The notes: generated by a model from the sequence alone, not told the origin. Positions 50,029-64,000 are shown, counted from the first letter of the stretch. The stretch is 64,000 bases of DNA from Mytilus edulis (GCF_963676685.1 NC_092349.1:31434001-31498000), one strand, 5' to 3'. Numbers and translations are program-made.

Positions 50029-53000
50029 TTCCTTAAAATAAAATATAACACTTTTATTTTTTATCAGTTTGGTGTTATTAAATTGATCAATTTGTCTGCG
50101 TTCAAACATATATTTGAAACTGAATATATTTGATGCGGAATATCTGTCTGCCTGTAAACTTATATTTGAAACTGAATATTCGAAAACTTACACAAACAAG
50201 TTGCGATGTATGTAAATTGATCAGTTACCTATTATTTCTTACTCTTAGTCTGTCTACCATAGCTGCTGCTCAAGACTGCCTATGTGTCATCACACCTAAA
50301 TATGTGAGTGTATGTTTTCCCATGCCATATTTTGTTTTTAATAGTATTTGTTTTGTTTTTGTTTTGTTGACACGGATTTCCACGTAATAGATTTGTAATT
50401 ATTATTAAAAAAAATAGTTCACATTTGTATTTGTATCTTAGCTAACATTGTGATAATTATCTTAAAATATCACTGAATTAAGTAATCTATAATTGGAGAA
50501 AAAAATATTTATAGATAATTATACGATGTAAATTCAAGCGAATTTTATGGTTTATGAGGGTTAATATACTAGTAATACATAACTTACTGTATTATCTTTA
50601 AGTCAGTGGTATCAAGATTTCAAAAACATACTAGTTTCAATTTGATATTTTTGGACACATTTACTTTAAAGGGGTCAGTTTATGAATGATGTCAATTATT
50701 TGACGTATTTATTGCTAGTGTATTTAATTCTGATCATTTCAGATATGTGAAGTTTTTATACACTTTTTATAGTTGCAGAATCGTAGCTCTAAGATCCTTA
50801 TTTTATTTTTATTATGGTCCGCAAATAGTAAGACAATAACATCAGGACCTAAGAGCTACGGTACTGCAGCTATATCTTTTGCAGACCTCAAGATAAAAGG
50901 AAACATTGTTATAATTCATAAAACATTATCATTACAAGGATTAACTCTTATATATGTAGATATAAACTCGTCATCTGTATGTAAACAAAAATAGAAATTC
51001 AGATCGATGGCATTATAATTCTGGATAACACACAGAAATAGACACGAAAATGAAAACGTAAAACAGTACAGAACAGAGATTTCATCTCAAGATAAAAATG
51101 CCAAAAAAAAAATAATTCTGGTATGTAAGTGTTATAACATTGCTAATTTATACCCTACAACGTTTCTTTCTTTTTTAGTGGTGTGGAATGCCACTTTGAG
51201 TGATTCTTGCTACACCATGGCTACCAGATTATATTGGTTTACCCAAAATATGATTACATAGACATTGAAATTACATATAAGAACAGGAGATGAGAAGACC
51301 CCTAATACTTAGTCATATATATACTTTTAGATTTTAACAAAAAATCTGGACCAGATGTGATCAAACATAAAATGCAAAATTGTGTGCTTTTTTTCTTGGA
51401 CACAATTCAGAATTTGGTGTAATCATATTAAACTGAAATATGCTTATGGTAGTTTTAACATTACATTTACTCGAGGAAGCGTCAAGTTATTGATATAGAG
51501 GTACTTAAGTATAGATAGTTATATTATATTAAACACAAACATATTAATTCAAAAAGATAGAGCAATCTTGAAAAAGTTTGATATTAAAATAAAGAGCTTT
51601 GAAATTGTTCTTTTAAATTTTTATTTTCATAAAGTTGACATAACAAAATACTGCAAATAAAACAGCATGAATAAAAATGTTATGTAAGTAACCACCTATC
51701 AGTTTCATCAATCAGCATTTCAATGAAGTGAATAATACATGTAATATAGGACGAACAAAATAATGTAAAATTTATAAGCTTGTATGTGTACTATGTGGAA
51801 TATCTTTAAAAATTCGGATATTGTTAGATTCTCTTTAAAACCTTCCCAATTGTGCTACGATAACAAATTAAATATTCACACCTTTCATTATGTTCCTGTA
51901 TTTGTCTTAACATTTGATATGCATTTATATATATAATTGTGAATATGTCCCTGTTTGCCCCGAATACAGGACAAGACAAGACAAAGGAACTTATCGAATT
52001 AAACAAATGCTTTATTTTTATATGCCAAACATGCACTAAAAATGTAAACACTAATTCTACCAGTTGTCTACGGTGAGATGAATATCTCTTTCTTTAATTC
52101 GTAAACAATCAGGTATTAAGATCATCGGAGTAAACCCGTCGACAGTACTTTTATTTTATCGAACTATTCAAGGAAGTATGGATTTACTTGAATTTATATT
52201 TATAAGGAATATTTACCTTTACTAATTTTTACACTTCAACGCCATACTACAGTTATATATTTATATAATTTCAAAGGAATATTTACCTTTCCGATGCAAT
52301 AGTAAAACTTCCACTTGTTGACTTGGACTTGAGTCGACCGATAAAAGGTAGATAACTTGTGTTTGTTTACTACCTGTGTTTAACCGTATTAATATTGTAA
52401 ATCATTTAACGATGGAGATATGTATTTTTCAGATTTATATTTAAATTAAATGAGGTGGATATTAACATATAAGTTTATTTCGCCATTTACTTTGTATGGG
52501 GGTATGCGTGAACGGGGCGGGGAAGAGGGACGTTAGCTGCTATGATTTTTACAAGACAAGCATTTTGTTTTGTTCTAGCTTTCATCAAAACGAATTTAAC
52601 AGTAGAACATGAAGAAGGTAGAAATTTTTCGATATATTTTGTTTTCTTGTTCATTAAAGAACAATTCGCCAAATTGTTTTAAAAAAATCGTAAATTTCGA
52701 ATGGTGAAATTCGGCAAAGTTTCATTGTCAACAAATAATAATAGCTATGGCAATTTTAAGATACTTTCAACCACGATTACAAATATAAGCATGACATTTT
52801 AAATTTACTTTTGTAGACATAAAATGGTGAATTTCAACAGAATTTCGACGGATGGTGCATCAACCCCTTCACTTTCAAGATGAATTTTAAAAAAATAAAT
52901 AAACGAGAGAACATTTTCGGTAAACATTTTATTGTATGTCTTAAAAATAAACACCCTCATACGACAAACACAGTGGAAACTTTCAGACGACTGGTTGTAT

Positions 53001-55404
53001 TTGTTGTTGTCGCAAGTGGCTAAAGTGTGATTCAGATATTGTTTTTTTTAACATGTCGATGATGATATAAGCTAACATTGTTTAATTTCTGATATTAATA
53101 GCCTTCCATACAAATCATTTGAAAATCAACACACCGTAGTCAAGCAATTAGAGAGAAAATTTATTATTTTGCTGGCTTAAACAATTTCTTCTTTTTGTTT
53201 TAGTTGAGAGAAAACATAGAACGGATATATTCATGTGAATATTTTACCTGACACTTTTCAAGTTTGCTCCAATATCTCTAAGGAAGTTAGTTGTTGTGTC
53301 ATTCATTAATACAATCAATAAGCGACGCATTATACGTACTAAACTAGGACATGCTCGATTCAACTTGAAAATGTAATACATAATAGATCAACATAAGCTT
53401 AGGTATACGATTCTTTTGTACAGTTTGTCTCAAAAAATTATGTATCCTTGTTTACAAACTGTCTGTTATTAATGCTTTGAAATCTAATGAATAGTTTCAA
53501 TGCAATCAAATTGTAAAAACAGATAATGATAATTAAGAACAACATATAGGACCTCTTCAAAAAGAAACACAAATAGACAAACACAAGACAGACAAAACAA
53601 GGATGTGTATTTGATCTTTTACTGCTTAATAATCGACATATATGTTAATTTAATAAATGATTTTTTAATTTGCACCTTTTAGCAATAAATTTCAATATTA
53701 CTACCAGAAGATATAGTATGATTGTCAGTGAAACATATGTGTACTTTAGACAATCGAATAAAGATTAAAACCATAAAAGTTCAACGTTTCGATATTTTTT
53801 CGCGCCTCTATTTTATCTATAAGATGAGTATATCAATGATGCTTGATATGAATGTATTAAAAATACGGGATCTAATCTAAATTTGCAAGATCAATATTAT
53901 CGCAAATGACCACTGGCAGTCAATATATTCAATCATGCGGACAAGGATTCAGAGCTAAGCATGAGGAGGGAACTTTTCGTTCACCGAAAATAATTTTCTT
54001 AGATTTAGAAAACAACAAAGAAGATAAAAAAAAAATTTAAACTTTCGTGCCAGTATAAAGTACAAAAAGACTAGACTGTTTAAATAATATGTTATTCCCT
54101 AAGCACCGCTAAAGAAGAATTTGTTGCGTCCTTTTCACATCTTCCGACGAACAGCTGAAATTAGACCCGTAGACACTCAACAATTTATACCGCAGCTAGA
54201 CTTTAAGAGTTTTATGTAATTATGATTGTAGTTTTAGAATACAGATTTTGTAAACTGTGTCCTCTAGAATATTGTGAAGAATGTTCCCTATTTATGATAA
54301 TTCCTATTTGTATTTATGTTTTTTAAGATTTCTTGATGAAGGAAAACTAAAAGTAAGTGCTTCAAATGCTTCGAATTCAAAACATGCTGTTTGAAGATGC
54401 ATGGATTTGACAAAAGTCCCATCAGGGCTTTATACATGTATCTTTCACCTTTTCAAGTGCTTATGCATACTTCGGTTTCAATTGTTTAGGTTCGAGTATT
54501 GCTGACACCGCCATCGTTAAAATATTGAGATCTCCGAAAACATGTTTAACCCTGTTGCATTATTGCGCCTGTTCCAAAGCAGTAGCATCTGGCCTTTGTT
54601 AGTCTTGTATGATTTTAAATTGTAGTTTTATGTGTATATTTCGGAGTTAAGTATGATGTATATTATCACTAGTATATATTTTTGTTATGGGGACAGCTAA
54701 AGCACGCCTTCAGGTGTGGGAGTTTCTCGCTGTATAGAAGACCCATTGGTGGCCTTTGGCTGTTGTTTGCTCATTGGTCGGATTGTTGTCTCTTTGACAC
54801 ATTCCCCATTTCTATTCTCAATTTTATAAATTTTTCAGTACTAGTCATGATATAGTATTGTGTCTTAACCTAAGAAAGAGTAGCTATTCATGCTTGAAGT
54901 TGCAGAATTAAACACATGGAATGTGGCTATGAGCAGGATGAATTAGTGGCTTTATTTCTTAAAAGTCAAACTTATCACGTTTTACTGTTCTCATCTGTAT
55001 GAGCCTTAGGACATATAGTAATGCCATACGAGCTAAATAGTCAATACAAAACTCACCTGTTGATCGTTTTTGATTCGGTAAATATATACACAAAGACAAT
55101 ATTATGTCAGCCAGTTATCAATGTTACTCGATGAACCCATGTAACAACTTAAGTGATTACAACAAGAAATAAGAAAGCACTGTTCGCAAGAATTGTTTTA
55201 CAATAATTCATAGTATTTCATTGGAAATCACCAGTAATAAGATTCGTATAGTTTCCTCCCATACAAATGTCTTTATATTAAAACCAAACTACTTTTTTAA
55301 AATGCTATAGTTATAAAAAAAAAATAAAAACTAACTTCTTTATTCAAACAGATGCAAAAATACATGTTGATTTACTTTTGAACCGATTATTCTTTGTTTT
55401 TTTT

Positions 55405-57060
55405 TTATGTGCACAGAAATACCAATATCTCTTTGGTAGCGAAATTTGAAATAAACAGTTTAGAAAAATCATTACTGAAAGCAAAGCCATATGGCATATT
55501 CAGTCCATCCTTTTGTGTCAAAATAGTTTTAATAGATTTATCTTCAAATGAAAACAATTTAAAATTTGCTGCTTTGTATTCCAGTAAATATGTATTCCCT
55601 GTTCTGTCGGTTTTAACATCAATTACGTGGTAAGTATTTTCAGAAGAAACAGACGTAACTGTTCCATCTAATCCTACACTTTTCAATGTAGACTTTCCTG
55701 TATAAGCCTGAGCATAGTAAAGTTGATGTTTGAGTCCAACTGATATTGAGTATATACTGTTGATTCCAACATCAAGTGTCTTCTTTATTTCACCTGTTTT
55801 ACTTATAATATATATTTTGCTGGTACAACCAACAGCAATTTGATCGTCAATAAGAGCAATACCATTACATCGTTCGGGTACTTTGATCAGTTGTCCTTTC
55901 TTCATTGTAACTATATCTACTGGTTGAATAGAGTTTATTCCTGGTAGTGTAATCCCTGCTAAATTTTTATCTTCTTCCATAGCTATCCCCCACTGTACTC
56001 CGTCCATTTGAATGATTGCCAACTGTTGACCTTTGTCTGACATAACAAATAGGTCGATACCAGATTGATTACACAGAAACAATCTATTTTCTTTTGTCAC
56101 ACCTATGCCGGCAATACCTGCACCAGATACTTTGAATTTAACATCAACTTTGAATTGTGTAAGCATCTTTCTCTGCAGATGCAGGTATTGTGCTTGCTTG
56201 ACATTAAACGGTTGGTATTTGATATCAAGACAAGACTTCTTTATTTCAATGGAACCAAATGACTTCATAACGGACAACAAATCAGACTCTTTAAGCGAAA
56301 GAGAAACATCATTTTGGGACGATAGCAGTTCTTGAAAATCATTTGCATTACAGTTCAGTTCTTTTTTTATATCATAAATGAACATGAATATTTGACTGTC
56401 TGATCCTTGTGTTGTGAAGGATTCAAACTGTTCAGAAATATTTTGTATCTTTTTTCGTCGATCGCATATTTTTTCAAGGTCGTCACTTGATTCTTTTGAC
56501 ACGTTTGTATGCATTTCGTCAATTTCAGACATGACAGCTTCTTCCATTTCTTGAATGCGCTTCTGCAATTGTTTCTTCAAGGTTTTAACTTCTTGCTGAA
56601 CATACGCCTTACTATTATTAAGACTGACCATGCCCTTTCTCTTTTTATCTTCGAGTTCGTTAACAGCATTAATGAGAATACGGACATCTGTGTTAATTTC
56701 TTCATACATGGTTGAACTTTTGACTCCTTTGGCAGCTACTTCAATTGGCAGTAGTTTGTCACAAGAGCGATGATCACTGGCAATGCATAACCGACAACAC
56801 AATGTATCATGGTCAGAGCAAAAGTATTCTAAAACCATATCCGGATGAACATCGCATGATTTATTGACAATGACTGGATTTCCGTCAATCACGTTGACAT
56901 CTATAACATGATGGGATGCACATATTTTAATGCTTCCGTGAAAATCTACGCAGTCTGAACATAGTCCGTCCTTGCAGTCTGTACAATATTTTACAGCTTT
57001 GGTGGATTTACTTCGTCTGCCACAGGTTCCACAGAACATGTTTGGGGATTTTGACGCCAT
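55405..57060 (-). CDS. RING-less TRIM-like protein (B-box x2, coiled coil, beta-propeller), copy 3, 551 aa
   Basis: Intact ORF paralogous to 36409-38064, with the same acceptor before the ATG and AATAAA at 55344-55339. Confidence 0.9.
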   Translation of the reverse strand: MASKSPNMFCGTCGRRSKSTKAVKYCTDCKDGLCSDCVDFHGSIKICASHHVIDVNVIDGNPVIVNKSCDVHPDMVLEYFCSDHDTLCCRLCIASDHRSCDKLLPIEVAAKGVKSSTMYEEINTDVRILINAVNELEDKKRKGMVSLNNSKAYVQQEVKTLKKQLQKRIQEMEEAVMSEIDEMHTNVSKESSDDLEKICDRRKKIQNISEQFESFTTQGSDSQIFMFIYDIKKELNCNANDFQELLSSQNDVSLSLKESDLLSVMKSFGSIEIKKSCLDIKYQPFNVKQAQYLHLQRKMLTQFKVDVKFKVSGAGIAGIGVTKENRLFLCNQSGIDLFVMSDKGQQLAIIQMDGVQWGIAMEEDKNLAGITLPGINSIQPVDIVTMKKGQLIKVPERCNGIALIDDQIAVGCTSKIYIISKTGEIKKTLDVGINSIYSISVGLKHQLYYAQAYTGKSTLKSVGLDGTVTSVSSENTYHVIDVKTDRTGNTYLLEYKAANFKLFSFEDKSIKTILTQKDGLNMPYGFAFSNDFSKLFISNFATKEILVFLCT

Positions 57061-59650
57061 TTCCTGAAAATAAAAGGAAACACTTATTATTTTTTTTGTG
57101 GTGTCATTAAATTTGATAAATTATTCTGTGTATAGACCTATATGTGAAACTGAATATATTTGATTTGGAATATCTGTTTGCCTTCAGACTTATATTTGAA
57201 ACTGAATATTTGGAAACTTACATATATAAACTGTCACTAAAGGCGATTTATGTAAATTGATTAGTTACCCATGATTTGTTCTTATTAGTCTGTCTACAAT
57301 AGTTGCTGCTCTAGACTGCTAATGTGTCATCCCACCTTAATAAGCCAGGATGTGACTGTATGTTTTTCCATGTCATGTTTTGTTTATTCATAGCATTTGT
57401 TTTGTTTTTGTTTTGTTGACATGGATTCCCTGGTAATAGATTTGTAATTAGTATTAAAAAAATAATTTCACATTTGTGTATTTGGCAAACGTCTTAGCTA
57501 GCATTGTTATAAATATCTTAAAATATCATTTAATTTAGTGATCTATAATCATGATAATGGAACATATTTAAAGGTATTTATACGGTGTAAATTTATTCGA
57601 ATTTCATGGTTTATGAGGGTTCATACACAAGTAGTACATAATTGATTCTATCATCTTTTAGTCCGTGGTATAAAATTTTCAAAACCATAGTTTCAATGTG
57701 ATATACTTGGAAATATTTACTTTAAAGGGGTCAGTTTATGAATGATGTCGATTATCTGACGTATTTATTGATAGTGTATTAAATTCTGATCATTTCATAT
57801 TTTCCAAGTTTTCATAAACTTTTTTAGCTACAGAACCGTAGCTCTTAGGTCCTTATCTTATTTGTATGGTTCGCAAATAGTAACAAAAATAACATCAGTA
57901 TCTACGCGCTACGGTTCCGCAGCTATATATTTTTGTAATTCAAAAAGATGAAGAAATCTTGGAAATGTTTGATATTTTAACTTAAAAGCCTTTAAATCGA
58001 TCTTAAAAATTTGGATTTTTACGAAGTTGTTGACAGAACAAAATACTGCAAACAAAAAGTAAAGGTTAGTTACCACCTATCAGTTTCATTAATCAACAAT
58101 ACAATGCATTTGGTGTAATATAGGACAAACAATAAAATTATATGTATGTGTACTATCATTTGACTGTGTGAAATATTTGGATATTGTTTAATTCTTTTTA
58201 AAACCTTCTCAATTGTGCTACGAATATTAAGCGTGATTTATAAAAAATTATAATAGTATGTAATTATGAAACAGTCTCTATTGATTCCGAAGACAAGACA
58301 AGACAACAGAACTTATCGAATTGAACAAATCTTATACTTTTATAGGCGAAACATTCACTGAAAGTTGAAATAATACCAGTTCTATTATTTGTCTACGGTG
58401 AGATGAACATCTCTATCTTTAATTCGTAAACAATCAGATAGTAATTAGATTATCGGAGTTGACCGTATTACAGTACCTTGATTTTATCGTACTATACAAG
58501 GAAGTATGATTTATAATGTATTTACCTGATTTTTTATATTGTCATTTACGCCTCATTTGTCTATGTTTCTGATATTTATGCTTACCTTTACTAATTTTCA
58601 CACCATACTGCAGTTATACATTTATATAATTTTAAAGGAATATTTACCTTTCCGATGCAATAACAAAACTTCCACTGGTTGACTTGGACATGAGTCGAAC
58701 GATAAAAGGTAGATAACTTGTGTTTGTTTACTACATTTAACCGCATTATTATTTTAAAAAAGATTAAACGATGGTAATATGTATTCCTTTCAGATTCATA
58801 TTTATTGCAATTAGAAATTAAGCAATACCACATTGTTGTCATTCAATGAGGTGGTTATTAACATATATAAGTTTATTTTGGAAGGGGGTATGCGTGAAGG
58901 GGGCGGGGGAAAAGGGACAGTAGTTGCTATGGTTTTTACAAGACAAACATTTTTTTTAATAGCTTTCATTAAAACCAAATTTACGGTAGAAAGTTTGGTA
59001 TAAAAAACTGATTTTTTTCGACATATTTTCTTTTGATATTCTTGTGTCAGAAAACCAAAATATTTGAAAATTTCGTTAATCATGTTAAATTCAGATGTTC
59101 AACATGTTCAAATTCGACAACGTTTGTTATTTTCATGGTCAATAAACTATAATAGCTTTGGCAGTTTTTCTGCAGGAATTACACGATACTTTCAACCATT
59201 TATATACCTTCAGACTACAAATATTAGCATGACATTTCAAATTTACTTTTTAGACATGTATGTTTATACTTCAAATGTTGACATTCATAAATATTCCGAA
59301 TGGGAACAAGTCTTATATACACACAATACTATATGCATACATGTATATTAGTGTTTTTGACGTTTTTTTGGTACTCAAAAATTGGTAATTATCTATATAC
59401 TACAGACACAAAATGATGAATATCAACAAGGTTTTGGCAGATGATGCATCAAACCCTTCCCTCTCAATGATGAATTTAAAAGAAAAAGAAACAACAGGAC
59501 ATTTTTGGTTAACAATTTTTGCATGCCATAAAATTACGCACATGACATTTTTGGTTAAGAAATTTTGCAGAAAACACAGATGAAACTTTCGGAAGACTAG
59601 TTGTATATTTGTTCTTATCGCAATTGACTGAATTGTGATTCAGATATTGA

Positions 59651-60952
59651 TTTTAAGCTCACCTGGCCAGAAGGGCGAAGGACCAGGTGAACTTTTCTCA
59701 TTACTTGGCGTCCGTCGTCCGTCGTCTGTAGTCTGTAAACTATTAAAAAAATCTTCTACTCTGAAACTACTGAGCCAAATTCAACCGAAATTTTCCACAA
59801 TCATCATTGGGGTGTCTAGTTTAAAAAAGTTGTTCGATGACCAACAAAGATTGCTACCATGTCTTAAATAGAACATAGGGGGTAAAATGTAAGTTGTTGC
59901 TTATATCTCTGAAATCAAAGCCTTTCGAGCAAATCTGACATGGGGTAAAATTGTTTTTCAGGTGAAGATCTATCTGTCCTTAAATTTTCAGATGAGTCTG
60001 ACAGCCCGTTGTTAGCTTCTGAATTGGTAATTCTAAGGTAATGTTGCCGTTTTTTGTTATTATCTTGAATATTCTTATAGATAGAGATAAACTGTGAACA
60101 TTTATAATGTTTAACGAAGTAAGATCTACAAATAAGTCAACATGACCAAAATGTTCAGTTGACTCATTAAGGAATTATTGCCCTTTATGATTATTTTTTA
60201 ACAATTTTTCATAAATGTTTGTAATCTTTTACAAAAATCTTCTATTCTGAAACTACTAAGACAAATCTAACCAAACTTGTCCATAATCATCATTAGGGTA
60301 TTTAGTTTAAAATATGTGTTATATGACCCTGCTTGGGAACCAAGATGGCCGACATGGCTAAAAATAGGAAATAGGGTAAAATATAATTTAATTTAAAGTA
60401 TAATTGCTCATATCTCTGTGACTAAAGCATTAAGAGCAAATCTGACAGAATTAAATTGTTCATTACTTCAAGATCTATCTGCCCTGAAATTTTCAGACCA
60501 ATCAGGCAACCTGTTGTTGGATTGCTGCCCCTGAATTGGTAATTTTAAGAACATTTTGCAGCTTTTGGTTATTATCTTGAATAGTATTATAGATAAAGAT
60601 AAACTGTAAACAGCAATAATGTTCAGCAAAGTAAGAACTGCAAATAAGTCAAATGATCAAGATGGCCAATTGACCCCTTAAGGAGTAATAGTCCCTTATA
60701 GTCAATTGTTAACAATTTACATAAATTTTGTGAATTATTGTAAATTTTCACAAAATATTTTCCACTGTAACTACTTGGCTATGTTCATTTAAGATGGATA
60801 TAATTGTAGGCAGCAAGAATGTTCAGTAAAGAAAGATCTACATACACATCACCATCACCGAAACACAATTTTGTCATGAATCTATTTGTGTCCTTGGTTG
60901 ACATGTAAATAGACCAAAGTGAGCAACACAGGCTCTTTTGAGCCTCTAGTTT
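59651..60952 (+). mobile_element. Helentron-associated non-autonomous element (HINE)
   Basis: 5' agctcacctgg...ccaggtga hairpin, gtccgtc microsatellite and a ~490-bp internal duplication. The 3' end has gtgagc plus the hairpin aggctc-tttt-gagcct. Inserted in a T-run, with the empty site at ~53040. Confidence 0.8.
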
Positions 60953-61259
60953 AATAATGCTGATCGAATACGGATTAATAAGCTAACATTGATTAAACTT
61001 CTGATATCAATAGCCTAACATACAAATCATTTAAAAATCAACACACCATCAAACAAAGAGAGAAGATTTTCTATTTTGTTGGCTTAAACAATTTTCAATT
61101 GTCTTTTTGTTCTTGTTTAAAGAAAACATAGAACTTATAAATATATTCAAGTGAACATTTAACCTGACACAAACAATCAACCATTCAACCCTTTCCTAGT
61201 GTTAGGAAGTTAGTTGCTGTGTCATTCATTAATACAATCAATACACAAAATACATAATA

Positions 61260-61451
61260 CTGTGGATTCATCATTATTCGTTAGATATCAATTTTCGTGG
61301 GTTCCGGTGAATTCAAAGGCTCAACGAATAACATATTTCCAATGCGCCTTTTATACAGAGATTGCCAAAACCACGAAATCAAATATCCACGAATATGCAA
61401 GTTTTCAGCATTCCACAAAAATTGATACCCACGAAAATAAATGAATCCACA
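61260..61451. mobile_element. TA-flanked MITE
   Basis: TIR ctgtggattcat / atgaatccacag. Confidence 0.75.
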
Positions 61452-61856
61452 GTACCACAGAATCCGGGGGCGCTTGATCATATTGATGTCTATTTCTTCA
61501 AACATATAAATAAATAAACGAAATAATTTCTTAATTGACTGTACTGTGATTTCATCGTTACATATTTTGATTCCTGTCGTGGTAACAGTTAAACGAAGTA
61601 GAATTTTTCTATAAGGTTTTAATAAACTTTGCGAATATCATGAACTCCATTGCCAATATCTCTTCAAAAACATTAGAATAGAATAAGGATAATTTGGTTA
61701 TTTGATCGGAATTTGTCATAGAGATTGAAGTGTAAAATCAATAGCTAAAGCAATATGACTTTTAGTTTTTTCTACATCTGTTACTTTTTCTTTTGACGTT
61801 AAACGAAGTGTAAAGTCTACCTGGTACATTTATTGACACTAATTGTCGTTGCTTTA

Positions 61857-62325
61857 TTTACATCACTGGGTTGATGCCACTGCTGGCGGACATTTCGACC
61901 CCGAGGGTATCACAAGCTCAGTAGTCAGCACTTCGGTGTACAAATGAATATCAATTATATGGTCACTTTTATACATTTACTGTTTGAAAAAATATAAATT
62001 ATCCGAAATACTAAAGATTTTCTAATCCTATGCATAAATTACCTTAACCGTAATTGGCACAAATTTTTGGAATGTTTGGTCCAATCTCCGGCGCAGTACT
62101 TACTTCGTATCACTACACTAAATATGTATTGTAGTGTACTAAGTATACGGAAAGTAAACGAGCGCTGTATGGAGATTGCGTTTGGTCCTCCATGCTCTTA
62201 AACTTTGTACTTGTCTTGCATTTCAGACTTTTTTTTTTATCAAAGCGTCACTGATGAGTCTTATGTAGACGAAAAGCCGGTCTGGCGTATTAAATTATAA
62301 GCCTGGTACCTTTGATAAATATTTA
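61857..62325 (+). mobile_element. Retrozyme-like monomer with hammerhead (core 62246-62287), interrupted by a small MITE at 62082-62178
   Basis: cgtca-CTGATGA-gtcttatgtagac-GAAA-agccgg-TC^tggcg, with stem III mutated. The MITE has TIR caatctcc/ggagattg and a 9-bp near-TSD (t/c)gtttggtc. Confidence 0.8.
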
Positions 62326-64000
62326 ATGGGTATAAAGAGATAACAATGAATTAAAACATATTAAATGTTGAACGAAGTAGACATTTTCTATTGGATTTTA
62401 TAACAATGTCACTAACTCAAACATTCTTTTAAAATCTAAAATAGAATAAGAATAATTGACCTAGTATTTGTGATAGAGATTGTACTGTAAAATCACTTGC
62501 TGAAGCAATCAATAAAGCAATTTGACGTTTAGTTTTTTCCACATCTGTTGCTTTTGACATGCAACGAAGTATAAAGTCTTCCTTGTAAATTTATTAACAA
62601 GAATTTTGTCAAGATGAACACATGCAAAATAATCGCTGTTCTGATTTTGTATTCAATACAACAATCACACAGTGCCAATATTGGATGGCCTGTGAAATGC
62701 AAAGGTAGGATCATTTTTTAACATCTGTTATTTCATTAGTTTAAAATTGCATGACAAAAATTGGTTTTAATACTTACCAACATCATTGTTTAAGTTTTAA
62801 ATTGAAATAGCAGAAACCACATAATAATTCAACAAAGAAAGTTTTACACGTTTTATTAAGCATTGTGCATTGGCGTTTTTTCTCATTTATGATTAACATA
62901 TCTCTACCTACCAGATTCCGACAGATACCATTACCAAGGTCACGAAATGACCGAAGCATAGAGATGTAAAAAATTATCCTAGTCCCGTCAATCTGTATTT
63001 CCATCCACAATAAAGGTGATCTTCGAACTTCATCGTTATGCCTACAGAAATGAGTCTTATTTTGGTACATAAACATACGTCAAAGATTTAAAGTATGACT
63101 TATGCTTTCTCATCGAATTCTGATTCCTATGCAGAATTATGGCCCTCAAGAATTATCGCAGTTAAAAAAAAAAAAAATTTTAAGCAAAATAATGAATTAA
63201 TGGTATCAACTCTTTTAACTTTGTACTTTTAGTGAACTTTATCTTATGCTTGATGATCTGGAGCTGATTTCAATACATCATTGTAAGATAATGAGATTTT
63301 TTCTTGTTGACCGACTTTTCATTGAATTGCGCACATTGATTAAGAAAGTTCACGCGAAATCCTCTTGTATTGACAAATTTGCTTGCGTGTCTTAATTGTT
63401 AGATTATCAATGTATAACATTAATGAATTGATAAATTCACTGTGTCCCGACCCGATGTTAGTAATAAAATTGACGGAACAATTGAACCATACGCGGATAT
63501 TGTTTATTCAGTGATGTTCTGGGCAAAAATATGTGAAAAACAAAAGCTTATTTTAAACCAAAGAGTAGAACGGTTAACACATTTGGTCAAGCTGTCTGAG
63601 CTTTACATTAGCGGGATATTACTGATGATATACCAATATATTCATATCATGCCAATTTCAAAGCACAGGATACTTTAATGGTGATAATCTCGAGGACTAA
63701 CTGTCAACCAGTAAAGACTTTCGACCCAGTAAAAATAATAACATTCATTCAACAATAACAATTTACAACTCCAGTTGTGCATTTTGACAATATGTCAGTG
63801 ATGCTCAAGGCCAAAATGTAAAGAAAAAAAACCCAAAAAAACACAATTCTTCTCATTCTTATCATGAAAAGCTAATTATGAACAAAAAGGGACAAAATTA
63901 TAGCCAAAGACGGACAATGATTTGGAACTTTTCCCAAGAACGATAAATCCTTCATGCCTTATGTGACAGAAAGATAGTTTTTTATTTTTTCTAAATAAAT

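Larger units (their letters stand above)
43543..53335. repeat. Segmental duplication copy 2 (paralogous to ~19691-41345 minus its TE insertions)
   Basis: Collinear similarity through TYW1 intron 13, the last exon, the 3' UTR, the TRIM-like gene and its upstream region. Confidence 0.9.
54830..61240. repeat. Segmental duplication copy 3 (TRIM-like gene and flanks, no TYW1 exon)
   Basis: Collinear with 46135/47850-53335 and 34445/35765-41345. Confidence 0.88.

Noticed and set aside
50029-50109. 27-aa N-terminal extension of copy 2 in the ORF track
   Set aside because: It starts at a non-ATG codon in intron sequence upstream of the acceptor. The paralogs start at MASK.
62783-63076. Possible exon of another minus-strand gene
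   Set aside because: Splice-like signals exist, but no recognisable protein motif appears in any frame I read.

Overview
This is AT-rich, intron-containing eukaryotic genomic DNA, not prokaryotic. The repeat families suggest a bivalve, probably Mytilus-like (inference). Most short ORFs in the track are incidental. (1) 3918-20366 (+) holds a complete 14-coding-exon TYW1 gene (flavodoxin plus radical-SAM wybutosine enzyme, 724 aa when spliced by hand), with introns full of MITEs. (2) 21.3-35.8 kb is a stack of nested transposons: a Helentron-type HINE with internal tandem arrays, a decayed PAT/DIRS-type tyrosine-recombinase retrotransposon with split direct repeats, and a TTAA-flanked Kolobok-like element carrying a LINE. 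(3) A three-copy tandem segmental duplication gives three single-coding-exon, RING-less B-box/B-box/coiled-coil/beta-propeller (TRIM-like) genes on the minus strand. Copy 2 has one in-frame nonsense codon and also carries a duplicate of the last TYW1 exon. (4) A ~350-nt repeat carries type I hammerhead ribozymes (retrozyme-like): seven plus-strand cores, including a tandem array at 46.2-47.2 kb. The same monomer also appears to carry a second hammerhead-like motif on the opposite strand, which is the most intriguing signal in the window. All calls were made by eye, without database searches.
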